Shown: one piece after another, positions 28,666 through 38,984 of the stretch
How the letters are laid out: every line of letters starts with the position of its first letter
Position numbering within the stretch: the first letter of the stretch is position 1
From: an uncultured delta proteobacterium
Lineage (GTDB): Bacteria; Desulfobacterota; Binatia; JACPRU01
NCBI GenBank assembly: GCA_963711395.1
Contig: CAVQEA010000014.1
Coordinates: forward strand, 15,269 to 79,268
DNA: 64,000 bases
Direction of reading: 5' to 3'
Notes under the pieces: model-generated
The model's database searches: none
Seen by the model: only the letters and a program-made list of their open reading frames with translations
Told to the model about the DNA's origin: nothing
Program-made: the position numbers and the translations under genes

Positions 28666-28941
28666 ATGTTCGTAGAGCCGTTGATCCCCGTACCGCTCTG
28701 GCGCAACGTTTCCGCCCGGCCGGAGCAAAATCTCTACGCCGAGATAGTGTTCGACGCGGTCAGACTCGTGCGGGGCGAAGGTTTGGTGGCTAAGACGAAG
28801 GCGGCCGACGTGGCGGCGGCACGCGCCTGGATCGAGGACGGCAACATTGGCGTGGTCAGCTTCAACGAGGCGTGCGGCTGGCTCGGCTGGGACGCGGAGC
28901 ACACGCGGCGGGCAATCTTTTCTACCGTGCTCGCCGCCTGA
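28666..28941 (+). CDS. hypothetical phage/mobile-element-like small protein
   Basis: MFVEPLIPVPLW...EQNLYAEIVFDAVRLVRG...ARAWIEDGNIGVVSFNEACGWLGWDAEHTRRAI. The pattern is reminiscent of small phage proteins; no family assigned. Confidence 0.4.
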   Translation: MFVEPLIPVPLWRNVSARPEQNLYAEIVFDAVRLVRGEGLVAKTKAADVAAARAWIEDGNIGVVSFNEACGWLGWDAEHTRRAIFSTVLAA

Positions 28942-29034
28942 CCACGGCATCGGCTTCAGTACGGGAAGGTCCCTATTCCCTTGGAGATCCGGTGATGCCA
29001 CGGTGCTCGCGAAGCTCCAATCGTCTTCGAAGCT

Positions 29035-29223
29035 GTGGCGGAGATGAAGAGAGTCAACTTTTCGTGCGAGAAGAGCCATTACTGGGTACGGGTCTGTCAA
29101 TACGATGAGGGAGAGAGGCGCATCGTGTCATCAGCCTCCGACTCCCGGCGCTGCCCGTTGTGCGGAGCCCAGGGACGTATCGAGAGCGTTGGGGAGAACG
29201 ACTCTGATCGCTCACCGAAGTAA
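29035..29223 (+). CDS. hypothetical small Cys-containing protein
   Basis: MKRVNFSCEKSHYWVRVCQYDEG...RRCPLCGAQGRIESV, a possible zinc ribbon. Confidence 0.3.
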   Translation: MAEMKRVNFSCEKSHYWVRVCQYDEGERRIVSSASDSRRCPLCGAQGRIESVGENDSDRSPK

Positions 29224-29349
29224 CGGCTAGCTCGGATGGAACGGGGAGCGCAGGCAGAAAGCAAATCGCCCGCGCCCTCGACCTGCCGCGCCTCTCCGGG
29301 GAGCTTTCGTATCTTAGCGGTGACGAGCGGCTTGCGCCCCCACTTCGTG

Positions 29350-29881
29350 GCCCCAGTTCTCGCGCCGATCCAACTGTGACTGCAGCTTCCTTGAGGTCCT
29401 TCTCGTTCTTGATGCTGTACCTTTCGACGACGGAGCGGGGCTTCCAACCTGCCAGCTGCCTGATCACGCCCTCCGATACTACGACCATCGGCTTGGCACC
29501 TCCGCGCCGAAACGGGCGTAGAGCGAGCGTGTCTGCGTCCGATATCAACCGTTATGTAGCTTTCAGGCTTTTGCGGCCGCTATCCGCTGGCGGGGGGATC
29601 CCTGAATCGGCTGCGTCGCATGGACGGCCAATCGAAACCTCGAATACATCACGCTTTCGATCGTGGCCGGACTGGTCGTGCTCTTCGCGGCCGCCCGATT
29701 CGGCGGCGCGGTGGCCCTGCGCTTTAAATGCCTCGCATTGCAGGTGGGCCTCGTGAAGGTCGACCCGAACGGCGGCTTGGGCGTCGTCGATTTGAAGGAG
29801 TGTCGCGGTGATACGCCGGCCGAACCGATTCCGCCTCTGCCGCTGCCCCCCGAGGCGGCCGGCGAGGAGAGGCGGCATCAC
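29350..29881 (-). pseudogene. truncated, frameshifted tyrosine recombinase (integrase) catalytic-domain remnant
   Basis: ORF 29552..29881 has GRRITATLLQIDDAQAAVRVDLHEAHLQCEAFKAQGHR, which is box-I-like (R-I-x-E-L-L-x-L...V-D-L). ORF 29054..29548 has VIRQLAGWKPRSVVERYSIKNEKDLKEAA, like the C-terminal LLGH..i..T.RY motif with the catalytic Tyr. There is no N-terminal domain. Confidence 0.4.
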
Positions 29882-30018
29882 CTCGGCGATGGCAATCCGG
29901 GGGTTCGAACAATACCCTTTTCGGCGGTGACCTGCCGACCGAGGGCCTGTTCGCCGATTTCACGTTCACGCTCACGCAGGAGCAGATCGACTTCGCCAAC
30001 GAGAACGGTGGTAGCTTC

Positions 30019-30324
30019 GTGTTGAGCTTCGATGCGTTCGGGGTGAACCAGGCGGTATGCGCAGACGTGTCCTGCGGCGCTTTTCGCAACAGCAACGTCT
30101 CCGCCGATACGGTACAAGTCGACGGCACGACCGTCGGTTTGGCGCAAAACGGCACGAATCAGATTTCGCTCGACGCCGACTCGCTCGCGCCCGGCGAGCA
30201 CACCATTCGGCTCGACACGGGATCGCTTTTCCCGAACCTTACGCTCGATGAGGCGCAAGCGCAGCACCTGCTCGACGATTTCGAGTACAAGGGGCTGACT
30301 CTCGGGTTCGGCTCGACGTCCTGA
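30019..30324 (+). CDS. hypothetical protein (frame stays open and protein-like upstream to ~29920 without a start codon)
   Basis: ...FTFTLTQEQIDFANENGGSFVLSFDAFGVNQAVCADVSCGAF...GEHTIRLDTGSLFPNLTLDEAQAQHLLDDFEYKGLTLGFGSTS. Balanced composition. Probably 5'-damaged. Confidence 0.35.
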   Translation: MLSFDAFGVNQAVCADVSCGAFRNSNVSADTVQVDGTTVGLAQNGTNQISLDADSLAPGEHTIRLDTGSLFPNLTLDEAQAQHLLDDFEYKGLTLGFGSTS

Positions 30325-30400
30325 CGATCGTCGACGCCCGGCGATCTCAGCTTTCGTGCGGGCCGAGTGCCAAAGGTGTGGGCAGCATGTAAGAGGTGAC

Positions 30401-30934
30401 ATGGCCTCCGATTCCTCCATCGTGCGCAGTATGTGGAATCGCCTCAACGGCGCGCAGCGCGTGGCATTGGCCATTGCCATTCTCTGCGTGTTCATGATCG
30501 GCGGCGCCCTTTACTGGGAAGAAGGCTATGAGCAACGATTCGTGAATTGGACGTTCACCCAGGCACAGACCGTAAAAAGTGAGTTCACAACTGCCCCGGC
30601 TTGGATGGACGTCGTAGGCCTCACACCGGCTTACTATGGGACCGCCACTTTGCGCTTCAATGCCGGCGAGAAAGAAGCCGCCACCGAAGTCCATTTCGTC
30701 TATCACAGCTTCTTCCGTTCCGATTTGGATCGGTTCCTGCGGCGGTTCGTGCCCGGAGGCAAGGTCAACATCCGCTTCGATCCACGACGGCCTGACCAGG
30801 TCCACGTCAACAGCACTTTTCCCACCGCGACTTCCCGATTCATCTATATGGGTGGTTTTCTTCTTGCGCTCTTGGCGGGAATCCTGTCCGTCGTAGGCGA
30901 ATTATTTGAAGCCGTAGCAAAATTCAGAAAGTGA
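30401..30934 (+). CDS. membrane protein, DUF3592-like topology (TM - beta domain - TM)
   Basis: MASDSS...RVALAIAILCVFMIGGALYW, then a ~110-aa soluble region, then FIYMGGFLLALLAGILSVVG. Confidence 0.5.
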   Translation: MASDSSIVRSMWNRLNGAQRVALAIAILCVFMIGGALYWEEGYEQRFVNWTFTQAQTVKSEFTTAPAWMDVVGLTPAYYGTATLRFNAGEKEAATEVHFVYHSFFRSDLDRFLRRFVPGGKVNIRFDPRRPDQVHVNSTFPTATSRFIYMGGFLLALLAGILSVVGELFEAVAKFRK

Positions 30935-30980
30935 ACTATGAATAGCAGTCGAATCGATCATCGAAGATGAAGGAGGTCTC

Positions 30981-31415
30981 GTGGCAAGCAAAAGAAAACT
31001 GGCGCTCGCCCTGCTCTTCGTCGGTCTCGTCGCGGTCGAAGCGAACGCGAAGGAGCTGCTCGTAATCACCGTATTCCTCAAGGACGGGAAGCTCGAGACG
31101 TTGTTCATGGACCCTGCGGAATTCCCCGACTCGACGAGCTGCACGGACGCTGGCAAGCGTTTCGACAAGCACGCAGCCGCCAATCCCGACCCGGCGGTTC
31201 AGAAGTTCGAGTGGCGCTGCGCCGAGAGCACCTATTTGTTCTCGGCGGCGACGGACGATGTCAACAACGTCGTCATGGTTCGGTACTCGAGCAGTGACAC
31301 GCTATCAGTCACGGAATACGACAGCCTCGAGAAGTGCGAGCAAGCGAAAGCCCTCAATCCGGTGAAAACCACGTGCTCCCTTACGTCTCAGCGCATTCGC
31401 GGAACCGCAAAATGA
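30981..31415 (+). CDS. hypothetical secreted protein
   Basis: Signal peptide KRKLALALLFVGLVAVEANA. Four Cys in the mature part. No family recognised. Confidence 0.5.
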   Translation: MASKRKLALALLFVGLVAVEANAKELLVITVFLKDGKLETLFMDPAEFPDSTSCTDAGKRFDKHAAANPDPAVQKFEWRCAESTYLFSAATDDVNNVVMVRYSSSDTLSVTEYDSLEKCEQAKALNPVKTTCSLTSQRIRGTAK

Positions 31416-31430
31416 GGTGCTGACGGCAGT

Positions 31431-32225
31431 TCAAATGGTCTTGATTTGCCCTCCGTCGATAACAAACTCTGCGCCGGTGATGTTGGCAGCGCGGGGCGAC
31501 GCGAGAAAGACGGCTAGCTCGGCGACCTCTTCAGGTTCGGTGATCCGCCCGGTAGAGATGCCCATGCTCCGCGGCACCACCTTCTCCAGAGCAGCCCGAG
31601 CTGTGGTGCCGGCACCGGCGGCGACGACGTCGGCGAAGCCGCCGGGATCGGTCCAGAACGGGGTTCGCACCGGGCCGGGGGCCACGGCGTTCACGCGCAC
31701 GCCCCGCGGGGCAAATTCCTCTGATAGCGCCTTGGTGAGGTTGGCTAGCGCCGCCTTGGCCGCGGAGTAGTCCACCACCATGGGGAAGGGCAGCCGAGCG
31801 TTGATCGAGCTGATGTTGACGATCGCTCCGCCGCCGGCAGCGAGAAGGTGCGGCAGCGCCGCATGGCTCGCGCGAACCGCGCTGAAGAAGGTGAGCTCGA
31901 ACACGTGCCGCCAGTCGGCGTCGTTGATTTCCAGGAATCCGGTCCGAGGACTGGCTGCGCCGAGATTGTTGACCAGCACGTCCATCTTGCCATGACGGTC
32001 TACGGCGGCGCGGACGAGCGAGGCCGGACCGTCGGCGGTGCCCAGGTCGACGTTGACGATGGTGACCTCGTGGCCATCGCGTACAGCCGCGAGCTCGGCG
32101 GACGTGGTCCGGCTGCCTGCAACGACACGGGCGCCCTCGCGGGCGAGAGCTTTGACGACCGCCAAGCCGATGCCCTTACTGGCCCCGGTTACGACGGCGA
32201 TCTTGTCCTCGAGGTTCAGATCCAT
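31431..32225 (-). CDS. SDR-family oxidoreductase
   Basis: From MDLNLEDKIAVVTGASKGIGLA (TGxxxGxG), then NNLG and YSAAKAAL (YxxxK). Confidence 0.85.
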   Translation of the reverse strand: MDLNLEDKIAVVTGASKGIGLAVVKALAREGARVVAGSRTTSAELAAVRDGHEVTIVNVDLGTADGPASLVRAAVDRHGKMDVLVNNLGAASPRTGFLEINDADWRHVFELTFFSAVRASHAALPHLLAAGGGAIVNISSINARLPFPMVVDYSAAKAALANLTKALSEEFAPRGVRVNAVAPGPVRTPFWTDPGGFADVVAAGAGTTARAALEKVVPRSMGISTGRITEPEEVAELAVFLASPRAANITGAEFVIDGGQIKTI

Positions 32226-32312
32226 CCGGATGCGCTCCTTCTTCAGGCTCCGCCGCCTGCTGGAGTTCGTCGGCGCGAGGGCTATCATGCTCCCGCACAC
32301 GCGGCCACCACG

Positions 32313-33513
32313 ATGACGTCACTTGCCTTCACTCCAGCTGATCTCACCAACCGTTCGCTATTCGCCGATCCATACCCTCTCTACCATTGCCTGCGTAGTC
32401 GATCCCCAGTGCGTTACATTGGTATTCCGGCCAGCGAAGCTACCGGGAATGAGCCTGTCTGGTCGTGGGGATTGCTGAAATATGAAGATGTCTATGGCGC
32501 GCTGCGGGACCATCAAACGTTCTCGTCAGCAAGCCCGCAAGCCGGTCAGTTCGGGCCAAAGTTGGTGCTGATTCAGGACGATCCCCCTCGTCATACGCAT
32601 TTCCGTAGGCTGGTGAACAGAGCCTTTACCTTGAGACGAGTCGAAGCGTTGGAGCCCTGGATCGCCGAAATCGCCAATGCTCTCTTGGATGAGATGGGTG
32701 AGGACGGACGGGACGTCGTCGAATCGTACACCGTGCCCTTGCCTGTGAAGGTCATTGCCCGTCTGCTTGGAATCCCTGGTGAAGACTACGTCACGTTCAA
32801 GCGATGGTCGGACGCCTTTCTCTCGACGGTGTCCGTTCAGGCGACGGAGCGGCTCCAGAATCTTCAGGAGATGGTCGCATATTTTGGCCAGATGGCGGCC
32901 GCACGACGCACGCGCGGGGTCGACGATTTGATCTCGGCGTTGGTCGAAGCTGAAGTCGAGGGGGAGGCTTTGCAGGATTGGGAGATCCTCGGCTTTTGCA
33001 TCCTGCTACTGATCGCTGGAAACGAAACGACGACCAATCTCATCGGGAACCTTTTGCACGTCTTGAGCGCTCGACCAGATCTATGGCGACGACTGCGAGA
33101 AGACCGCAGCCTCGTCGAAACCGTGATCGAAGAGTCTCTGCGTTACGAGAGCCCCGTGCAACGACTGTTTCGTTGGGCGACGCGCGACGTTGAGATTTCC
33201 GGCGTCAGGATGAGTCAAAGGGGACCGCGTGACGATCTTCTATGGCGCGGCAAATCGCGACCCGCAGGCTTTCGTCGATCCGGACGAGTTTCGGCTCGAT
33301 CGCGATCTCCGGAACCATGCCGCGTTCGGCGCGGGCATTCACTATTGCCTCGGCGCGCCGCTGGCTCGCGCGGAAGCGAGAATTTCCTTGAACGCTTTCT
33401 TGGATCGTTTCGCAACGCTCCGCCGTGGGGCCGGAGAGGCGCTGCGGCAAACCGAAAGCCCTGTGGTGTTGGGATTCAAACACCTTTCCTTGACGCTGGA
33501 CCCTCGTTCCTAG
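32313..33513 (+). CDS. cytochrome P450, one frameshift near 33215
   Basis: AGNETTTN (I-helix), ESLRYESP (ExxR). Continues in ORF 33229..33513 with the heme loop FGAGIHYCLGAPLAR. Confidence 0.85.
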
Positions 33514-33577
33514 ACCGGCAAGCACTCCGGGAGTCGGATTCCCAAGCCGCTCGGAAAAAGATATCCCGATTCACGGG

Positions 33578-35104
33578 ATGCCAACGGACGAAAGGCCATC
33601 GCCGCAAGCTCAGGCTCCCCCGCTCGAGGCCCGTACACCGGCGACGGCGCCGCCGCCCAGCACGGCGCATGAGCGCGCGCCGGTGCCAGCCGCGTCCGGC
33701 GTACTGCAACGCTGGCGCTGGGCCATCGGCGGCGCCGGTCTTCTCGTCGTGCTGATGGTCGGCGTCCCATGGATCTTCAGCGCGCTGCGCACGGTTTCGA
33801 CCGACGACGCCTACGTGAACGGCCACGTGACGTTCGTCGCCCCGCGCGTGCGCCGGCCAGGTCGCGCGCGTGCTGGTCGACGACAACAACCGCGTGCAGA
33901 AGGGCGACCTGCTGGTGCAGCTCGACAAGGAGCCGTACCAGGTGCAGGTCGACATCGCGCAGGCCGCCGTCGACACGGCGCAGGCCGATCTGGTCGCCGC
34001 ACAGGCCCAGGCGCGCGCGCGTCGCGGGGCAGGTGCGCAGCCTGCGGTTCAACCTGGAGCACGCCATCGAGGACGTCGACAACCAGATTGCGCTGCTGCG
34101 CTCGAAGGTGGCGGCTCTGGAATCCGAGAAGGCGACGCTCGCAAGGCGCAGGCCGACTACGACCGGGCGCTGCCGCTCGTCAGCTCCGGCGCCGTCACGC
34201 CGGAGGAGCTCGACCACCGCAAGCAGACGCTGCACGTCGCGCAGGCGGAAGTCGAAGAGGCCCTGCAGGGCGTCTACCAGATCCGCGTCGGCCTCGGCCT
34301 TCCGCCGAAGCCGGAGACGGGCGACGACCTGGCCGCAGGTGCCCGCCGGACCTCGATCAGACGTTCTCCTCGGTCCGGGAAGCGCAGGCGAGGCTGATCC
34401 AGGCCGCGGCGCAGCTCGGCGTGACCGACTCGTTCAACAAGACGCCCAGGCAGATGATCGCCGACTTCTACAAGCGCGATCCGAGGGCAGACATCGACCG
34501 CATCTACGCGCAGCTCGCTGAAGGACGCGCCCGCGGTCAAGCAGGCCGAGGCCAAGCTGCTGCAGGCGCAGCGCAATCTCGACCAGGCCAAGCTGAACCT
34601 GCGCTACTGCGACGTCGTCGCCGAGATCGACGGCGTCGTCACGCGCCGCAACGTGAATCCCGGCAACAACGTCGTCGCCGGGCAGAGCCTGATGGCGGTC
34701 CGCTCGCTGACCGAGATCTGGATCGACGCCAATTTCAAGGAGACGCAGCTCGCCGAGCCTGCGCATCGGCCAGCCGGTCGATCTGGACGTCGACATGTAC
34801 GGCAGGCGCCAGCGTCTTCAAGGGCCGCATCTCCGGCTTCACGATGGGCACCGGCTCGACGCTGGCGCTGCTGCCGCCCGAGAACGCGACGGGCAACTTC
34901 GTCAAGGTCGTGCAGCGGCTGCCGGTGCGGATCGACCTGCTCGACTACGATCCGGAGCAAGCTGCCGCTGTTCATCGGCCTGTCGGTGACGCCGTACGTC
35001 CACGTGCACGAGCAGCCGACCGGCCCGAACGCGGGCAAGCTGCTGCAGCCGCATCTCTGCCGATCGGCTCCGCGCAGGACTCCGAGCCGCGCGCGCAGCG
35101 ATGA
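33578..35104 (+). pseudogene. HlyD/EmrA-family membrane fusion protein, ~8 frame changes
   Basis: Fragments spread over all three + frames: TDDAYVNGHV; VLVDDNNRVQKGDLLVQLDKEPYQ; GQVRSLRFNLEHAIEDVDNQIALLRSKVAALESEKATLA; KAQADYDRALPLVSSGAVTPEELD; NLDQAKLNLRYCDVVAEIDGVVTRRNVNPGN; FKGRISGFTMGTGSTLALLPPENATGNFVKVVQRLPVRI. Confidence 0.8.
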
Positions 35105-36722
35105 CCGCCGCGGCCGCTGGCCTTGCCGCTGCCGCGCACGGTCGATCAGTCCCTGGCTGGTCGCGGTGGCGGTCGTGATCCCGACCTTCATGGAGGTGCT
35201 CGACACGACGATCGCCAACGTGGCGCTGCGCTACATCGCCGGCGGCCTGTCGGCGCCGGCGACCGACAGCGAGTGGGTCATCACCAGCTACCTCGCGGCC
35301 AACGCGATCATCCTGCCGATCTCCGGCTGGCTGGCGGTGCGGCTCGGCCGGCGGAACTACTTCCTGCTGTCGATCGCCGTGTTCACGCTCGCGTCGGCGA
35401 CTGTGCGGCATGGCGACGAGCCTGAACGCGCTGATCGCCGTTCCGCGTGCTGCAGGGACTGGCCGGCGGCGGACTGCAGCCGTCCAGCCAGGGCGATCCT
35501 GCTCGATGCCTTTCCGCGCGAAAAGCAGGGCGCGGCGATGACCATCTTCGGCATCGCCGCGCTGCTCGCGCCGGTCGTCGGCCCGACGCTCGGCGGCTAC
35601 ATCACCGACAACTACGGCTGGCGCTGGATCTTCTACCTCAACGTGCCCGTCGGCCTGCTCGCGCTCGCTGATGTGCAGCGCGCGTCGTGACCGATCCGGA
35701 CTACCTGAAGGCCGAGCGCGCCGACGCAGCGCGCCCAGCAACGACGGTTCGACACGCTCGGCCTGGGCCTGCTGAGCCTGACGATGGTCTGCTGGGAGGT
35801 GCTGCTGAGCAAGGGGCAGGAATGGGACTGGTTCGGCGACCCGTTCTGGCGCGTGCAGACGCTGCTCGGCGCTCTTCGTCGCGGGCCTGGTCGGCCCTGA
35901 TCTACCGCGAGCTGCGGATCGCCAACCCGCTGATCAACTTTCGGACGCTGACGGACCGCAACTTTCGCTCCTGCTGCATCATCATCTTCTGCGCCTTCGG
36001 CGTGCTGTACGCCAACACGACGACGCTGCCCGGCACTGCTGCAGTCGCTGTTCGGCTACGACGCGACGACCTCGGGCCTGGTGCTGTCGCCGGCCGGGCT
36101 GTTTGCGCGTCGCGCATGCTGTTCATCGTCGGCACGCCTGCTGGCGCGCGGCGTCGACGCGCGCTATCTCATGGCCGCCGGCCTGCTGACGATGGCGGCC
36201 GGCAACTTCTGGATGTCGCAGATGAACCTGGACATCAGCCCGTGGCAGGTGGTCTGGCCGCGGGTCGTCGTGATCGCCGGCCTGTCGATGATGTTCGCGC
36301 CGCTGAACGTGGCGGCGTTCCTGTACATCCCGCCGGAGCTGCGCGGCGCCGCCGTCGGCCTGCTGGCGCTGCTGCGCAACGAAGGCGGCAGCGTCGGCAC
36401 CTCGCTGGCGCAGACGATCCTGCGAGCGCCGCGAGCAGTTCCATACGCTGCGGCTCAACGAGCAGCTCGACGCGCTGTTCCCGCGGTCGGGCAGCGGCTG
36501 GCGGAAGGACAAGCGTTCTTCATGCAGAGCAACGGCGATCCGGTCCTGTCGCACCAGATGGCGCTCAAGTCACTGGAGAAGCTGCGCGACGAGCAGGCGG
36601 CGTCGCTGGCGTACTTCGACGTCTTCTGGTCGTCGGCCGTCGTGGCCGCACTGTTGGTGTTCCTCGTGCTCCTCATGCGCCGCTCGGTGATCGAGAAGGG
36701 AACGCTCGTCGGAGCCGAGTGA
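35101..36722 (+). pseudogene. DHA2/EmrB-family MFS efflux permease, many frame changes
   Basis: ATGA overlap with the upstream gene. Fragments: PTFMEVLDTTIANVALRYIAGGL; FRVLQGLAGGGLQPSSQAILLDAFP; GPTLGGYITDNYGWRWIFYLNVPVG; LINFRTLTDRNFRSCCII. The last ~210 aa (ORF 36081..36722) are intact. Confidence 0.8.
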
Positions 36723-36810
36723 GGCGTCTCGCTGATGTGACGCGAGACTTCGCAAGGCGACCGGCTCTTCGCTATCCTGGCCGCCGCGGACGCGGTTCGC
36801 CTCTCATCGT

Positions 36811-37489
36811 ATGCGCATCCTGGTCGTCGAGGACGAGCGGAAGGTCGCGAGCTTCATCCAGCGCGGCCTCGAGGCGGAGCACTACACCGTCGACGTCGCC
36901 TACGACGGCGACACGGGCCTCGCCCGCGCGCTCGAGGGACACCACGACCTATTGATCCTCGATCTCATGCTCCCCGGCCGCGACGGCGCCGCCGTGCTTG
37001 GCGAGCTGCGGGCGCATCAGCACAAGCTGCCGATTCTCCTGCTCACGGCGCGCGCCGCGGTGACCGACAAGGTACGCGGCCTCGACCTCGGCGCCGACGA
37101 CTACCTGACGAAGCCCTTCGAGTTCGACGAGCTGCTCGCGCGCGTGCGCGCACTGCTGCGCCGCGGCAGCGCGGCGCCGGCCGCCCAGCCTCGCGCTCGC
37201 CGATCTGACTCTCGACCCGGCGAAGCGCCAAGTGACCCGCGCCGGGCGCCCGATCGAGCTGACCGCCCGGGAGTTCGCGTTGCTCGACTTCTTCCTGCGA
37301 AACCCGGGGCGGGTGCTGAGCCGGGCGATCATCGCGCAGCACGTCTGGGGAGTGAGCTTCGATACCTTCACGAACGTCATCGACGTGTACGTCAACTACC
37401 TGCGGCGCAAGATCGACGCCGACTTCGAGCCGAAGCTCCTGCACACCGTGCGCGGCGCCGGTTACGTGCTGAAGGGGCCCGAGCGGTGA
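36811..37489 (+). CDS. OmpR-family response regulator, one frameshift near 37195
   Basis: [16 protein letters not shown]...[12 protein letters not shown]...DDYLTKPF. The winged-helix part is in ORF 37232..37489 ([23 protein letters not shown]...[13 protein letters not shown]...[11 protein letters not shown]). Confidence 0.85.
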
Positions 37490-38906
37490 AGGGAGCGCGG
37501 CGGCCGGCGAGCCTGCGCTGGCGTCTGACGCTCTCGTACACGGCCGCGCTGGGCGGGCTCCTGTTGCTGCTCGGAGCGGCTGCCTTCCTGTTGCTCGACC
37601 GCACGCTGCGGGCGAACGTCGACTCCTCGCTCGTCTCCATCGCCCAGGTCATCGCGGCCTCCAGCCAGCGCTCGAAGCCGCCCGATCCCGACCTCGACGA
37701 GGCGTTCGGGCTGTTGCTCGGTCCCGCGTTCGCCGAGCGGTTCTTCCGGCTCGTCGATCCGCTCGGGCGCCCCGACCCGCATCTGGGGCCACGGGACCAG
37801 ACCGAGCTGCCACTCAGTCCCGACGCGCGGAGCAACGCCGCGCAGGGGCGCGATACCTTCGAAACACTGACGGCGCCCGGGGTCGCGGCGGGCCCGGTCC
37901 GCCTGCTCACCTACCCCGTCGTGGAGGACGGGCGTGTCGCCCATCTGGTGCAGGTGGCGATGCCGCTCGCCGGAGTTCAAGCCGCACGCACGCGCTTCCT
38001 GCTCATCGTGGTCGGGCTCTTTCCGCTGGCGCTCGCCGCGGTGGCGGCCGCAGGCTGGGTCCTGACGGGACGGGCGCTTGCGCCCGTCGATGCGATGGTC
38101 GCGGCGGCGCGCCGCATAGGCGCCGAGGATCTCTCTCGCCGCCTCGCCACCGAGAACCGGGACGACGAGCTCGGCCGCCTCGCCGCCGTACTGAACGAGA
38201 TGCTGGCGCGTCTCGAGCGCTCGTTCGCTTCCGTCCGCCACTTCAGCGCCGACGCGGCGCACGAGCTGCGCACTCCGCTTTCGATCTTGAAGGGCGAGAT
38301 CGAGGTGGCGCTGCGCACCGCGCCCGGCCCGACGGAGTCTCGGCGAGTGCTCGAGAGCTGCCAAGAAGAGGTCGACCGCCTGGCCGCGCTCGTCGAGGAT
38401 CTGCTCTTTCTCGCCCGCGCCGACGCGGGAGCCATGGAGCGCCCACTGGAGCCCGTCGACCTCGCCGCGGTGATCGACGACATGACCCCGGCGCTGCGGG
38501 CGCTCGCCGAGCGCGCGGACGTCGCGCTCATCGAGAGCCAGCCCGAGAGCGTCGATCGTGCGCGGCAGCGCGCCGATGCTCTTCCGCCTGATTTTCAACC
38601 TGGCCGACAACGCCATCAAGTACGCCGGCGCCGGCCGACGCGTGGAGCTCACCCTCGGCACTCGAGAGAGGAACGCGATCGTCGAGGTGCGCGACGACGG
38701 TCCCGGCATTTCGGCCGATGACCAAGCGCACATCTTCGACCGCTTCTACCGCGCCGATCCGGCTCGCACTCGCGGCGGCGCGGGGCTCGGCCTGGCGTTG
38801 GCGCGCTCCATCGTCCAGCTCCACGGTGGCCAGATCACGGTCGAGAGCACGCCCGGGATCGGCACCACCTTTCGCGTTCTCCTGCCGCTCGCCCCGCCGC
38901 GATTAG
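37486..38906 (+). CDS. sensor histidine kinase (2 TM, HAMP, HisKA, HATPase_c), frameshift near 38550 and unclear stop
   Basis: GTGA start/stop overlap with the regulator. H-box is [16 protein letters not shown]. After the shift come [17 protein letters not shown] and [14 protein letters not shown]. The kinase frame has no stop before 39499, so another indel near ~38900 is likely. Confidence 0.8.
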
Positions 38907-38984
38907 AGTTTTCTAATCTCCGTCTCATCCTCCCCTCACATCGTGCGCCCGGCGCCGGCGTCGAACAGTCAGGAGGAACCACCG

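Noticed and set aside
29899-29908. GGGGGTTCGA next to the integrase remnant, identical to 10 nt of the tRNA-Leu T-arm: possible att repeat
   Set aside because: It is only ~10 nt long. It is in the opposite orientation relative to the tRNA gene at 19952-20035, so it cannot be a direct repeat of that tRNA's 3' end. Such a GC-rich 10-mer could occur by chance.
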